Part shown: one piece after another, positions 49,501-61,873 of the stretch
Numbering within the stretch: the stretch's first letter is position 1
Layout: every line of letters begins with the position of its first letter
Assembly (NCBI GenBank): GCA_965112735.1
Contig: OZ218956.1
Span: forward strand, 806,001-870,000
Source: Phaeosaccion multiseriatum
Taxonomy: Eukaryota > Protista > Ochrophyta, other classes
Length of the DNA: 64,000 nt
Direction of reading: 5' to 3'
Notes under the pieces: generated by a model
The model's input: only the letters and a program-made list of their open reading frames with translations
Told to the model about the DNA's origin: nothing
The model's database searches: none
Program-made: the position numbers and the translations under genes

Positions 49501-52500
49501 TTTGTGGGGCACACACAGCCCGACCGACGCGTTTGCTGGCCACAACATGCCCACTCCGGGCATTGGCTCAGCACAACAGGCCGAACTAAAATACTACATT
49601 GCCACAACAGCGCCAAGTGGGGCATTGGATGGGCTCAAATGGCCCAATCTGGCTCTGTGCTGGGATCAAGAAAGCCCAAAGCCCGCATTTGTGGGGCACA
49701 CAAAGCCCGACCGACGCGTTTGCTGGCCATAACATGCCCACTCCGGGCGTTGGCTCAGCACAACAGGCCCAACTGAGATACTACATTGCCACAACAGCGC
49801 CAAGTGGGGCCTTGGATGGGCTCAAATGGCCCAATCTGGCTCTGTGCTGGGATCAAGAAAGCCCAAAGCCCGCATTTGTGGGGCACACACAGCCCGAACG
49901 ACGCGTTTGCTGGCCACAACATGCCGACCCCGGGCATTGGCTCAGCACAACAGGCCTAACTGAGGTACTACATTGCCACAACAGCGCCAAGTGGGGCCTT
50001 GGATGGACTCAAATGGCCCAATCTGGCTCTGTGCTGGGATCAAAAAAGCCCAAAGTCCGCATTTGTGGGGCACACACAGCCCGACCGACGCGTTTGCTGG
50101 CCACAACATGCCCACTCCGGGCATTGGCTCAGCACAACAGGCCGAACTGAGATACTACATTGCCACAACAGCGCCAAGTGGGGCCTTGGATGGGCTCAAA
50201 TGGCCCAATCTGGCTCTGTGCTGGGATCAATAAAGCCCAAAGCCCGCATTTGTGGGGCACACACAGCCCGAACGACGCGTTTGCTGGCCACAACATGCCG
50301 ACGCCGGGCATTGGCTCAGCACAACAGGCCCAACTGAGATACTACATTGCCACAACAGCGCCAAGTGGGGCCTTGGATGGACTCAAATGGCCCAATCTGG
50401 CTCTGTGCTGGGATCAAGAAAGCCCAAAGTCCGCATTTGTGGGGCACACACAGCCCGACCGACGCGTTTGCTGGCCACAACATGCCCACTACGGGCATTG
50501 GCTTAGCACAACAGGCCCAACTGAGATACTACATTGCCACAACAGCGCCAAGTGGGGCCTTGGATGGGCTCAAATGGCCCAATCTGGCTATGTGCTGGGA
50601 TCAAAAAAGCCCAAAGTCCGCATTTGTGGGGCACACACAGCCCGAACGACGCGTTTGCTGGCCACAACATGCCCACTCCGGGCATTGGCTCAGCACAACA
50701 GGCCGAACTGAGATACTACATTGCCACAACAGCGCCAAGTGGGGCCTTGGATGGGCTCAAATGGCCCAATCTGGCTCTGTGCTGGGATCAAGAAAGCCCA
50801 AAGCCCGCATTTGTGGGGCACACAAAGCCCGACCGACGCGTTTGCTGGCCACAACATGCCCACTCCGGGCATTGGCTCAGCACAACAGGCCCAACTGAGA
50901 TACTACATTGCCACAACAGCGCCAAGTGGGGCCTTGGATGGGCTCAAATGGCCCAATCTGGCTCTGTGCTGGGATCAAAAAAGCCCAAAGCCCGAACAAC
51001 GCGTTTGCTGGCCACAACATGCCCACTCCGGGCATTGGCTCAGCACAACAGGCCGAACTAAAATACTACATTGCCACAACAGCGCCAAGTGGGGCATTGG
51101 ATGGGCTCAAATGGCCCAATCTGGCTCTGTGCTGGGATCAAGAAAGCCCAAAGCCCGCATTTGTGGGGCACACAAAGCCCGACCGACGCGTTTGCTGGCC
51201 ACAACATGCCCACTCCGGGCGTTGGCTCAGCACAACAGGCCCAACTGAGATACTACATTGCCACAACAGCGCCAAGTGGGGCCTTGGATGGGCTCAAATG
51301 GCCCAATCTGGCTCTGTGCTGGGATCAAGAAAGCCCAAAGCCCGCATTTGTGGGGCACAGACAGCCCGAACGACGCGTTTGCTGGCCACAACATGCCGAC
51401 CCCGGGCATTGGCTCAGCACAACAGGCCTAACTGAGGTACTACATTGCCACAACAGCGCCAAGTGGGGCCTTGGATGGACTCAAATGGCCCAATCTGGCT
51501 CTGTGCTGGGATCAAAAAAGCCCAAAGTCCGCATTTGTGGGGCACACACAGCCCGACCGACGCGTTTGCTGGCCACAACATGCCCACTCCGGGCATTGGC
51601 TCAGCACAACAGGCCGAACTGAGATACTACATTGCCACAACAGCGCCAAGTGGGGCCTTGGATGGGCTCAAATGGCCCAATCTGGCTCTGTGCTGGGATC
51701 AATAAAGCCCAAAGCCCGCATTTGTGGGGCACACAAAGCCCGACCGACGCGTTTGCTGGCCACAACATGCCCACTCCGGGCGTTGGCTCAGCACAACAGG
51801 CCCAACTGAGATACTACATTGCCACAACAGCGCCAAGTGGGGCCTTGGATGGGCTCAAATGGCCCAATCTGGCTCTGTGCTGGGATCAAAAAAGCCCAAA
51901 GTCCGCATTTGTGGGGCACACAAAGCCCGACCGACGCGTTTGCTGGCCACAACATGCCCACTCCGGGCATTGGCTTAGCACAACAGGCCGAACTGAGATA
52001 CTACATTGCCACAACAGCGCCAAGTGGGGCCTTGGATGGACTCAAATGGCCCAATCTGGCTCTGTGCTGGGATCAAAAAAGCCCAAAGTCCGCATTTGTG
52101 GGGCACACAAAGCCCGAACGACGCGTTTGCTGAACACAACATGCCCACTCCGGGCATTGGCTCAGCACAACAGGCCGAACTGAGATACTACATTGCCACA
52201 ACAGCGCCAAGTGGGGCCTTGGATGGGCTCAAATGGCCCAATCTGGCTCTGTGCTGGGATCAAGAAAGCCCAAAGCCCGCATTTGTGGGGCACAAACAGC
52301 CCGAACGACGCGTTTGCTGGCCACAACATGCCGACGCCGGGCATTGGCTCAGCACAACAGGCCCAACTGAGATACTACATTGCCACAACAGCGCCAAGTG
52401 GGGCCTTGGATGGACTCAAATGGCCCAATCTGGCTCTGTGCTGGGATCAAGAAAGCCCAAAGTCCGCATTTGTGGGGCACACACAGCCCGACCGACGCGT

Positions 52501-55500
52501 TTGCTGGCCACAACATGCCCACTACGGGCATTGGCTTAGCACAACAGGCCCAACTGAGATACTACATTGCCACAACAGCGCCAAGTGGGGCCTTGGATGG
52601 GCTCAAATGGCCCAATCTGGCTATGTGCTGGGATCAAAAAAGCCCAAAGTCCGCATTTGTGGGGCACACACAGCCCGAACGACGCGTTTGCTGGCCACAA
52701 CATGCCCACTCCGGGCATTGGCTCAGCACAACAGGCCGAACTGAGATACTACATTGCCACAACAGCGCCAAGTGGGGCCTTGGATGGGCTCAAATGGCCC
52801 AATCTGGCTCTGTGCTGGGATCAAGAAAGCCCAAAGCCCGCATTTGTGGGGCACACACAGCCCGAACGACGCGTTTGCTGGCCACAACATGCCGACCCCG
52901 GGCATTGGCTCAGCACAACAGGCCTAACTGAGATACTACATTGCCACAACAGCGCCAAGTGGGGCCTTGGATGGGCTCAAATGGCCCAATCTGGCTCTGT
53001 GCTGGGATCAAAAAAGCCCAAAGCCCGAACAACGCGTTTGCTGGCCACAACATGCCCACTCCGGGCATTGGCTCAGCACAACAGGCCGAACTGAGATACT
53101 ACATTGCCACAACAGCGCCAAGTGGGGCCTTGGATGGGCTCAAATGGCCCAATCTGGCTCTGTGCTGGGATCAATACAGCCCAAAGCCCGCATTTGTGGG
53201 GCACACAAAGCCCGACCGACGCGTTTGCTGGCCACAACATGCCCACTCCGGGCATTGGCTCAGCACAACAGGCCCAACTGAGATACTACATTGCCACAAC
53301 AGCGCCAAGTGGGGCCTTGGATGGGCTCAAATGGCCCAATCTGGCTCTGTGCTGGGATCAAAAAAGCCCAAAGCCCGAACAACGCGTTTGCTGGCCACAA
53401 CATGCCCACTCCGGGCATTGGCTCAGCACAACAGGCCGAACTGAGATACTACATTGCCACAACAGCGCCAAGTGGGGCCTTGGATGGGCTCAAATGGCCC
53501 AATCTGGCTCTGTGCTGGGATCAATACAGCCCAAAGCCCGCATTTGTGGGGCACACAAAGCCCGACCGACGCGTTTGCTGGCCACAACATGCCCACTCCG
53601 GGCGTTGGCTCAGCACAACAGGCCCAACTGAGATACTACATTGCCACAACAGCGCCAAGTGGGGCCTTGGATGGGCTCAAATGGCCCAATCTGGCTCTGT
53701 GCTGGGATCAAAAAAGCCCAAAGCCCGCATTTGTGGGGCACACACAGCCCGAACGACGCGTTTGCTGGCCACAACATGCCCACTCCGGGCATTGGCTCAG
53801 CACAACAGGCCCAACTGAGATACTACATTGCCACAACAGCGCCAAGTGGGGCCTTGGATGGACTCAAATGGCCCAATCTGGCTCTGTGCTAAGATCAAAA
53901 AAGCCCAAAGTCCGCATTTGTGGGGCACACACAGCCCGACCGACGCGTTTGCTGGCCACAACATGCCCACTACGGGCATTGGCTTAGCAAAACAGGCCCA
54001 ACTGAGATACTACATTGCCACAACAGCGCCAAGTGGGGCCTTGGATGGGCTCAAATGGCCCAATCTGGCTCTGTGCTGGGATCAAAAAAGCCCAAAGTCC
54101 GCATTTGTGGGGCACACACAGCCCGACCGACGCGTTTGCTGGCCACAACATGCCCACTCCGGGCATTGGCTCAGCACAACAGGCCGAACTGAGATACTAC
54201 ATTGCCACAACAGCGCCAAGTGGGGCCTTGGATGGGCTCAAATGGCCCAATCTGGCTCTGTGCTGGGATCAAGAAAGCCCAAAGCCCGCATTTGTGGGGC
54301 ACGCACAGCCCGAACGACGCGTTTGCTGGCCACAACATGCCGACGCCGGGCATTGGCTCAGCACAACAGGTCGAACTGAGATACTACATTGCCACAACAG
54401 CGCCAAGTGGGGCCTTGGATGGGCTCAAATGGCCCAATCTGGCTCTGTGCTGGGATCAAAAAAGCCCAAAGCCCGCATTTGTGGGGCACACAAAGCCCGA
54501 CCGACGCGTTTGCTGGCCACAACATGCCCACTCCGGGCGTTGGCTCAGCACAACAGGCCCAACTGAGATACTACATTGCCACAACAGCGCCAAGTGGGGC
54601 CTTGGATGGGCTCAAATGGCCCAATCTGGCTCTGTGCTGGGATCAAAAAAGCCCAAAGCCCGCATTTGTGGGGCACACACAGCCCGACCGACGCGTTTGC
54701 TGGCCACAACATGCCCACTCCGGGCATTGGCTCAGCACAACAGGCCTAACTGAGATACTACATTGCCACAACAGCGCCAAGTGGGGCCTTGGATGGGCTC
54801 AAATGGCCCAATCTGGCTCTGTGCTGGGATCAAGAAAGCCCAAAGCCCGCATTTGTGGGGCACACACAGCCCGAACGACGCGTTTGCTGGCCACAACATG
54901 CCGACCCCGGGCATTGGCTCAGCACAACAGGCCTAACTGAGATACTACATTGCCACAACAGCGCCAAGTGGGGCCTTGGATGGGCTCAAATGGCCCAATC
55001 TGGCTCTGTGCTGGGATCAAAAAGCCCAAAGCCCGAACAACGCGTTTGCTGGCCACAACATGCCCACTCCGGGCATTGGCTCAGCACAACAGGCCGAACT
55101 GAGATACTACATTGCCACAACAGCGCCAAGTGGGGCCTTGGATGGGCTCAAATGGCCCAATCTGGCTCTGTGCTGGGATCAATACAGCCCAAAGCCCGCA
55201 TTTGTGGGGCACACAAAGCCCGACCGACGCGTTTGCTGGCCACAACATGCCCACTCCGGGCGTTGGCTCAGCACAACAGGCCCAACTGAGATACTACATT
55301 GCCACAACAGCGCCAAGTGGGGCCTTGGATGGGCTCAAATGGCCCAATCTGGCTCTGTGCTGGGATCAAAAAAGCCCAAAGCCCGCATTTGTGGGGCACA
55401 CACAGCCCGAACGACGCGTTTGCTGGCCACAACATGCCGACGCCGGGCATTGGCTCAGCACAACAGGCCTAACTGAGATACTACATTGCCACAACAGCGC

Positions 55501-55716
55501 CAAGTGGGGCCTTGGATGGGCTCAAATGGCCCAATCTGGCTCTGTGCTGGGATCAAAAAAGCCCAAAGCCCGAACAACGCGTTTGCTGGCCACAACATGC
55601 CCACTCCGGGCATTGGCTCAGCACAACAGGCCGAACTAAAATACTACATTGCCACAACAGCGCCAAGTGGGGCATTCGATGGGCTCAAATGGCCCAATCT
55701 GGCTCTGTGCTGGGAT
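34583..55716. repeat. Main uninterrupted 187/163-bp satellite array (~21 kb, roughly 115-120 monomers) with higher-order repeats
   Basis: Head-to-tail monomers at 187 or 163 bp spacing. Higher-order periods are 1611 bp (9-mer), 3294 bp (18-mer), 561 bp and 935 bp. Confidence 0.98.
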
Positions 55717-58700
55717 CGCTGCTTCAGCAGCGAAGCCACGGAAGTTCTGTTCTCGCAGAGTGGAGTCGACGGAGAAACAGGGTATTGAGAGCCGAGGAGG
55801 GGGGAGCGTGAGCGCGTGTGCGTGGACCCCGAGGGAGCTGGTAGGATAGAAAGTATATTTATGGCAGCAGATGGAAAACAGCGGATTTGGATTTTCTGCT
55901 GGAGCTCAGAAGAGGAGGAGCCCTGCTGTACTCGCCACGCTACCGTGATTGGAGGAGATCGAGAGCAGGTGCGGGAGCGTGTACAAGCAGGGAGGAGAGT
56001 AGAGACTGATGGTGTAGGAAAGCAAGGATCGCAGTAGGGCCCGACTGCTTCTCTTGTGAGGGTGAAGATGCTGTGTGCTTACTTGTGTCATGCTACCTGT
56101 CGCAAACACATGAGGTGCCCCCAATGCTAACTGTCGCAAGGGCTTGCGCTACGCACACGCATCTAGTAGAAGTTTGAGAGCCTGGGCTTGATTACGTGTG
56201 TGAAGATGGTCCTCACGTCTAGCCCAAGGTTTTTTCTTTTCTCTCGCCGGTGACGGGGCTTCCACGCTCCCTCGTCGCCCTTTCCTCTCCATTGGTTTCG
56301 CGGGGTCCGTCAACCCCAATCTTTTCGCCTCCTCCCTTCTCCACCCCGCCTGGTTGTGGCGTCGCTGCGGCGGTGGCGGGATCTTTTAGGCTGGGGGGTG
56401 AAAGATCCTTCCGCTTTGGTCCTGATGGTGATGAGCGCCCCGCGTATCGTATGGGACGCAGATGCAGCAGATGAGAGCCCGGCGTATCGTGTTGGATGGA
56501 GATGCAGCAGTGCGGATGGCCTTAGAGGGGGCTTTCAGGGGGGGAGGCATCGTGTTGGAAGCAGCAGCGCGCAGGGGGGGGAGGAGCCATCCGGTACTCG
56601 CTACCCTACCGGGATTGAACAGGATTGAGAGCTGGAGCCTGACTTCATGGTAGACACCTTCTCGATCTACGGGAGGAAGGGTTGGTGGACTTTTCTCTTC
56701 TTTCGAGCGCCACAATAACAGCAACGCGAGTAGCAGCAGCAGCTACGAGTGATCCCGTCCGGCCTGTCGCTTCAGCCGGAGAGTACGGGCGCATGGACAG
56801 TGGGTGTAGTGGCAGTTAGTGCTAGGGTGACGAACGGACAGCTGGGAGGTGGCATTGTTTTCCTCTTCCTCGCCCCTGGAGACGTTTTGCGTAGATGTGG
56901 GAGAAGGGCGGCAGCAGAAAGGAGTGAATAGGGACTCTCAGCCAAGCAGCAAGAGCCTCAGCAGCCACGGCGAGGGCGGAGTTCGTGAGTGTGACAGCCG
57001 CGGTCGCATGGATGCGGAGGCAGGTATTCGGGCTATTGGAAGGAGCCGGTGGGCTCTGCTTTGGTGGTGGTTGGCGCCTTGAGTAGGTGGCGTGTGCAGC
57101 GGCTGTTCTACCTGTGGCCATAACAGAGAAGCGACGTACAACAGAAGGGGCGCAGCGAGCAAGGAAGGCATGGGTCGGTGGGAGACGGCAGTGAGTGTTT
57201 GCAGCGCTTGCCTCCCTGACGACACAGCAGCATCTATAGAGTGGCCATCTACGTATTGTGGGGACAGGGCACTACGCTTGGGGGGGTTGCGGAGAGTGGG
57301 CAATCGAGCCATGTAGCTACTTATCTGCAATGGGCGGCGGCGGAGTGGCATTTGGTCATCCACAACAGCTGTGGAGTGAGGGTTGGGGCCTGCCTGTGCT
57401 GCGATAGTCGGATAAGGGATTTTTCGGGGTGCGTGACACTTGAACGGTGCGAACGAAGAAAATGGGCGAGAGCAGGCAATAGGTTTTGCTATGCTTGCGC
57501 GACTTACTTGGGGTGGTAAGGATGGCATATCCTCGTGCCAGAGTGCCCGGTGGTCGATGCTTTGGGGCAGCAGGGCTTGAGATCTTGGGCTTGTTCGTTT
57601 GCAGGTCGACAGCAGCGAGGTGTTTTGCACTCGGTCTTTTGTCGGCCGGGTACTGCGGAAGTCCGCAGCGGACGGTTGGAATAGCAGTGACGGGGTATCG
57701 GCACGGTGTATGCAGAAGGGCCGCGTCTACGAATTGGTGTTCTAGGAGCTTGGTGCGAAAAACATAAGTGCGGCTGTTGGGGCATTTTCTGTTTTTCTAC
57801 CGGGGTTGGTTCTATGGGATTTTTGGATCTGTGATTCCGAAAAGAATTTCAATTTGGCTAATTGAGCGACCTTGGACCTGCGGCGATGGCGGAGAGCGCC
57901 GACTATCGTAGTCGGAGGACTCCGCGCGGCTATAGCGGTGATGGAGGAGGGAGTAGAGCTGCGCCGCTTCTCTCTCACTTTTACTGATGGCTCTGAAGGT
58001 GGGGACACAACAGATTGGTAGCGACATAGCGGCGACGACTGGTGGCTTCTCCAGTCCAAGGTGGGCCTGGGCCACAGCATTTCAGCACGCGTGCAGGACG
58101 CCATGCGCTGGGCAGGGCGCAGTAGGATACATGCAGACACGGCTGCGCCCAAGGGACTTTGGGTGAATATGGGGGATGAGCGGCTCCTCGGAACCGCTGC
58201 CCCCAAAGGCCCGTGCTCGCCCCCGTCAGGGAAGCGACACCCCGGAGACACTGTGTGCCCCGAGGTGAGTCCCTCTCAGGACTGCACTCTTAATGAAAAG
58301 TTTATCCCCCAACATTGGCGACGACTGGATGAGGAGGAGCGAGGCCTCTCAATGGGTACCCAGTTTCGATTGAGCGCAACGACTGCGAGAACGCTGCTTC
58401 AGCAGCGAAGCCACGGAAGTTCTGTTCTCGCAGAGTGGAGTCGACGGAGAAACAGGGTATTGAGAGCCGAGGAGGGGGGAGCGTGAGCGCGTGTGCGTGG
58501 ACCCCGAGGGAGCTGGTAGGATAGAAAGTATATTTATGGCAGCAGATGGAAAACAGCGGATTTGGATTTTCTGCTGGAGCTCAGAAGAGGAGGAGCCCTG
58601 CTGTACTCGCCACGCTACCGTGATTGGAGGAGATCGAGAGCAGGTGCGGGAGCGTGTACAAGCAGGGAGGAGAGTAGAGACTGATGGTGTAGGAAAGCAA

Positions 58701-61700
58701 GGATCGCAGTAGGGCCCGACTGCTTCTCTTGTGAGGGTGAAGATGCTGTGTGCTTACTTGTGTCATGCTACCTGTCGCAAACACATGAGGTGCCCCCAAT
58801 GCTAACTGTCGCAAGGGCTTGCGCTACGCACACGCATCTAGTAGAAGTTTGAGAGCCTGGGCTTGATTACGTGTGTGAAGATGGTCCTCACGTCTAGCCC
58901 AAGGTTTTTTCTTTTCTCTCGCCGGTGACGGGGCTTCCACGCTCCCTCGTCGCCCTTTCCTCTCCATTGGTTTCGCGGGGTCCGTCAACCCCAATCTTTT
59001 CGCCTCCTCCCTTCTCCACCCCGCCTGGTTGTGGCGTCGCTGCGGCGGTGGCGGGATCTTTTAGGCTGGGGGGTGAAAGATCCTTCCGCTTTGGTCCTGA
59101 TGGTGATGAGCGCCCCGCGTATCGTATGGGACGCAGATGCAGCAGATGAGAGCCCGGCGTATCGTGTTGGATGGAGATGCAGCAGTGCGGATGGCCTTAG
59201 AGGGGGCTTTCAGGGGGGGAGGCATCGTGTTGGAAGCAGCAGCGCGCAGGGGGGGGAGGAGCCATCCGGTACTCGCTACCCTACCGGGATTGAACAGGAT
59301 TGAGAGCTGGAGCCTGACTTCATGGTAGACACCTTCTCGATCTACGGGAGGAAGGGTTGGTGGACTTTTCTCTTCTTTCGAGCGCCACAATAACAGCAAC
59401 GCGAGTAGCAGCAGCAGCTACGAGTGATCCCGTCCGGCCTGTCGCTTCAGCCGGAGAGTACGGGCGCATGGACAGTGGGTGTAGTGGCAGTTAGTGCTAG
59501 GGTGACGAACGGACAGCTGGGAGGTGGCATTGTTTTCCTCTTCCTCGCCCCTGGAGACGTTTTGCGTAGATGTGGGAGAAGGGCGGCAGCAGAAAGGAGT
59601 GAATAGGGACTCTCAGCCAAGCAGCAAGAGCCTCAGCAGCCACGGCGAGGGCGGAGTTCGTGAGTGTGACAGCCGCGGTCGCATGGATGCGGAGGCAGGT
59701 ATTCGGGCTATTGGAAGGAGCCGGTGGGCTCTGCTTTGGTGGTGGTTGGCGCCTTGAGTAGGTGGCGTGTGCAGCGGCTGTTCTACCTGTGGCCATAACA
59801 GAGAAGCGACGTACAACAGAAGGGGCGCAGCGAGCAAGGAAGGCATGGGTCGGTGGGAGACGGCAGTGAGTGTTTGCAGCGCTTGCCTCCCTGACGACAC
59901 AGCAGCATCTATAGAGTGGCCATCTACGTATTGTGGGGACAGGGCACTACGCTTGGGGGGGTTGCGGAGAGTGGGCAATCGAGCCATGTAGCTACTTATC
60001 TGCAATGGGCGGCGGCGGAGTGGCATTTGGTCATCCACAACAGCTGTGGAGTGAGGGTTGGGGCCTGCCTGTGCTGCGATAGTCGGATAAGGGATTTTTC
60101 GGGGTGCGTGACACTTGAACGGTGCGAACGAAGAAAATGGGCGAGAGCAGGCAATAGGTTTTGCTATGCTTGCGCGACTTACTTGGGGTGGTAAGGATGG
60201 CATATCCTCGTGCCAGAGTGCCCGGTGGTCGATGCTTTGGGGCAGCAGGGCTTGAGATCTTGGGCTTGTTCGTTTGCAGGTCGACAGCAGCGAGGTGTTT
60301 TGCACTCGGTCTTTTGTCGGCCGGGTACTGCGGAAGTCCGCAGCGGACGGTTGGAATAGCAGTGACGGGGTATCGGCACGGTGTATGCAGAAGGGCCGCG
60401 TCTACGAATTGGTGTTCTAGGAGCTTGGTGCGAAAAACATAAGTGCGGCTGTTGGGGCATTTTCTGTTTTTCTACCGGGGTTGGTTCTATGGGATTTTTG
60501 GATCTGTGATTCCGAAAAGAATTTCAATTTGGCTAATTGAGCGACCTTGGACCTGCGGCGATGGCGGAGAGCGCCGACTATCGTAGTCGGAGGACTCCGC
60601 GCGGCTATAGCGGTGATGGAGGAGGGAGTAGAGCTGCGCCGCTTCTCTCTCACTTTTACTGATGGCTCTGAAGGTGGGGACACAACAGATTGGTAGCGAC
60701 ATAGCGGCGACGACTGGTGGCTTCTCCAGTCCAAGGTGGGCCTGGGCCACAGCATTTCAGCACGCGTGCAGGACGCCATGCGCTGGGCAGGGCGCAGTAG
60801 GATACATGCAGACACGGCTGCGCCCAAGGGACTTTGGGTGAATATGGGGGATGAGCGGCTCCTCGGAACCGCTGCCCCCAAAGGCCCGTGCTCGCCCCCG
60901 TCAGGGAAGCGACACCCCGGAGACACTGTGTGCCCCGAGGTGAGTCCCTCTCAGGACTGCACTCTTAATGAAAAGTTTATCCCCCAACATTGGCGACGAC
61001 TGGATGAGGAGGAGCGAGGCCTCTCAATGGGTACCCAGTTTCGATTGAGCGCAACGACTGCGAGAACGCTGCTTCAGCAGCGAAGCCACGGAAGTTCTGT
61101 TCTCGCAGAGTGGAGTCGACGGAGAAACAGGGTATTGAGAGCCGAGGAGGGGGGAGCGTGAGCGCGTGTGCGTGGACCCCGAGGGAGCTGGTAGGATAGA
61201 AAGTATATTTATGGCAGCAGATGGAAAACAGCGGATTTGGATTTTCTGCTGGAGCTCAGAAGAGGAGGAGCCCTGCTGTACTCGCCACGCTACCGTGATT
61301 GGAGGAGATCGAGAGCAGGTGCGGGAGCGTGTACAAGCAGGGAGGAGAGTAGAGACTGATGGTGTAGGAAAGCAAGGATCGCAGTAGGGCCCGACTGCTT
61401 CTCTTGTGAGGGTGAAGATGCTGTGTGCTTACTTGTGTCATGCTACCTGTCGCAAACACATGAGGTGCCCCCAATGCTAACTGTCGCAAGGGCTTGCGCT
61501 ACGCACACGCATCTAGTAGAAGTTTGAGAGCCTGGGCTTGATTACGTGTGTGAAGATGGTCCTCACGTCTAGCCCAAGGTTTTTTCTTTTCCACCCACCC
61601 ACCCATCTAGATTAGTTTTAGTACTTAGTAGTTAGATACTCAGTAGTTAAGGGGGGGATGAGCGGCTCCTCGGAACCGCTGCCCCCAAAGGCCCGTGCTC

Positions 61701-61873
61701 GCCCCCGTCAGGGAAGCGACACCCCGGAGACACTGTGTGCCCCGAGGTGAGTCCCTCTCAGGACTGCACTCTTAATGAAAAGTTTATCCCCCAACATTGG
61801 CGACGACTGGATGAGGAGGAGCGAGGCCTCTCAATGGGTACCCAGTTTCGATTGAGCGCAACGACTGCGAGAA
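55717..61873 (+). mobile_element. Non-autonomous family-1 derivative as a tandem dimer: A-int-B-A-int-B-A-spacer-B (period 2675 bp)
   Basis: A at 55717, 58392 and 61067; B at 58171, 60846 and 61653. The internal part retains scraps of the 5' leader, RNase H (RWRDLL.WGVKDPS, VLDGDAAV) and the YR tail (WAGR..HADTAAP). Confidence 0.92.

Noticed and set aside
25764-55716. Hundreds of short ORFs (MPQQRQVG.., MDGLKWPN..) in the array
   Set aside because: Artefacts of a non-triplet tandem repeat (187 and 163 are not multiples of 3). Frames rotate and stop regularly.
34583-55716. CRISPR array
   Set aside because: No unique spacers: whole monomers repeat. The context is eukaryotic and no cas genes are present.
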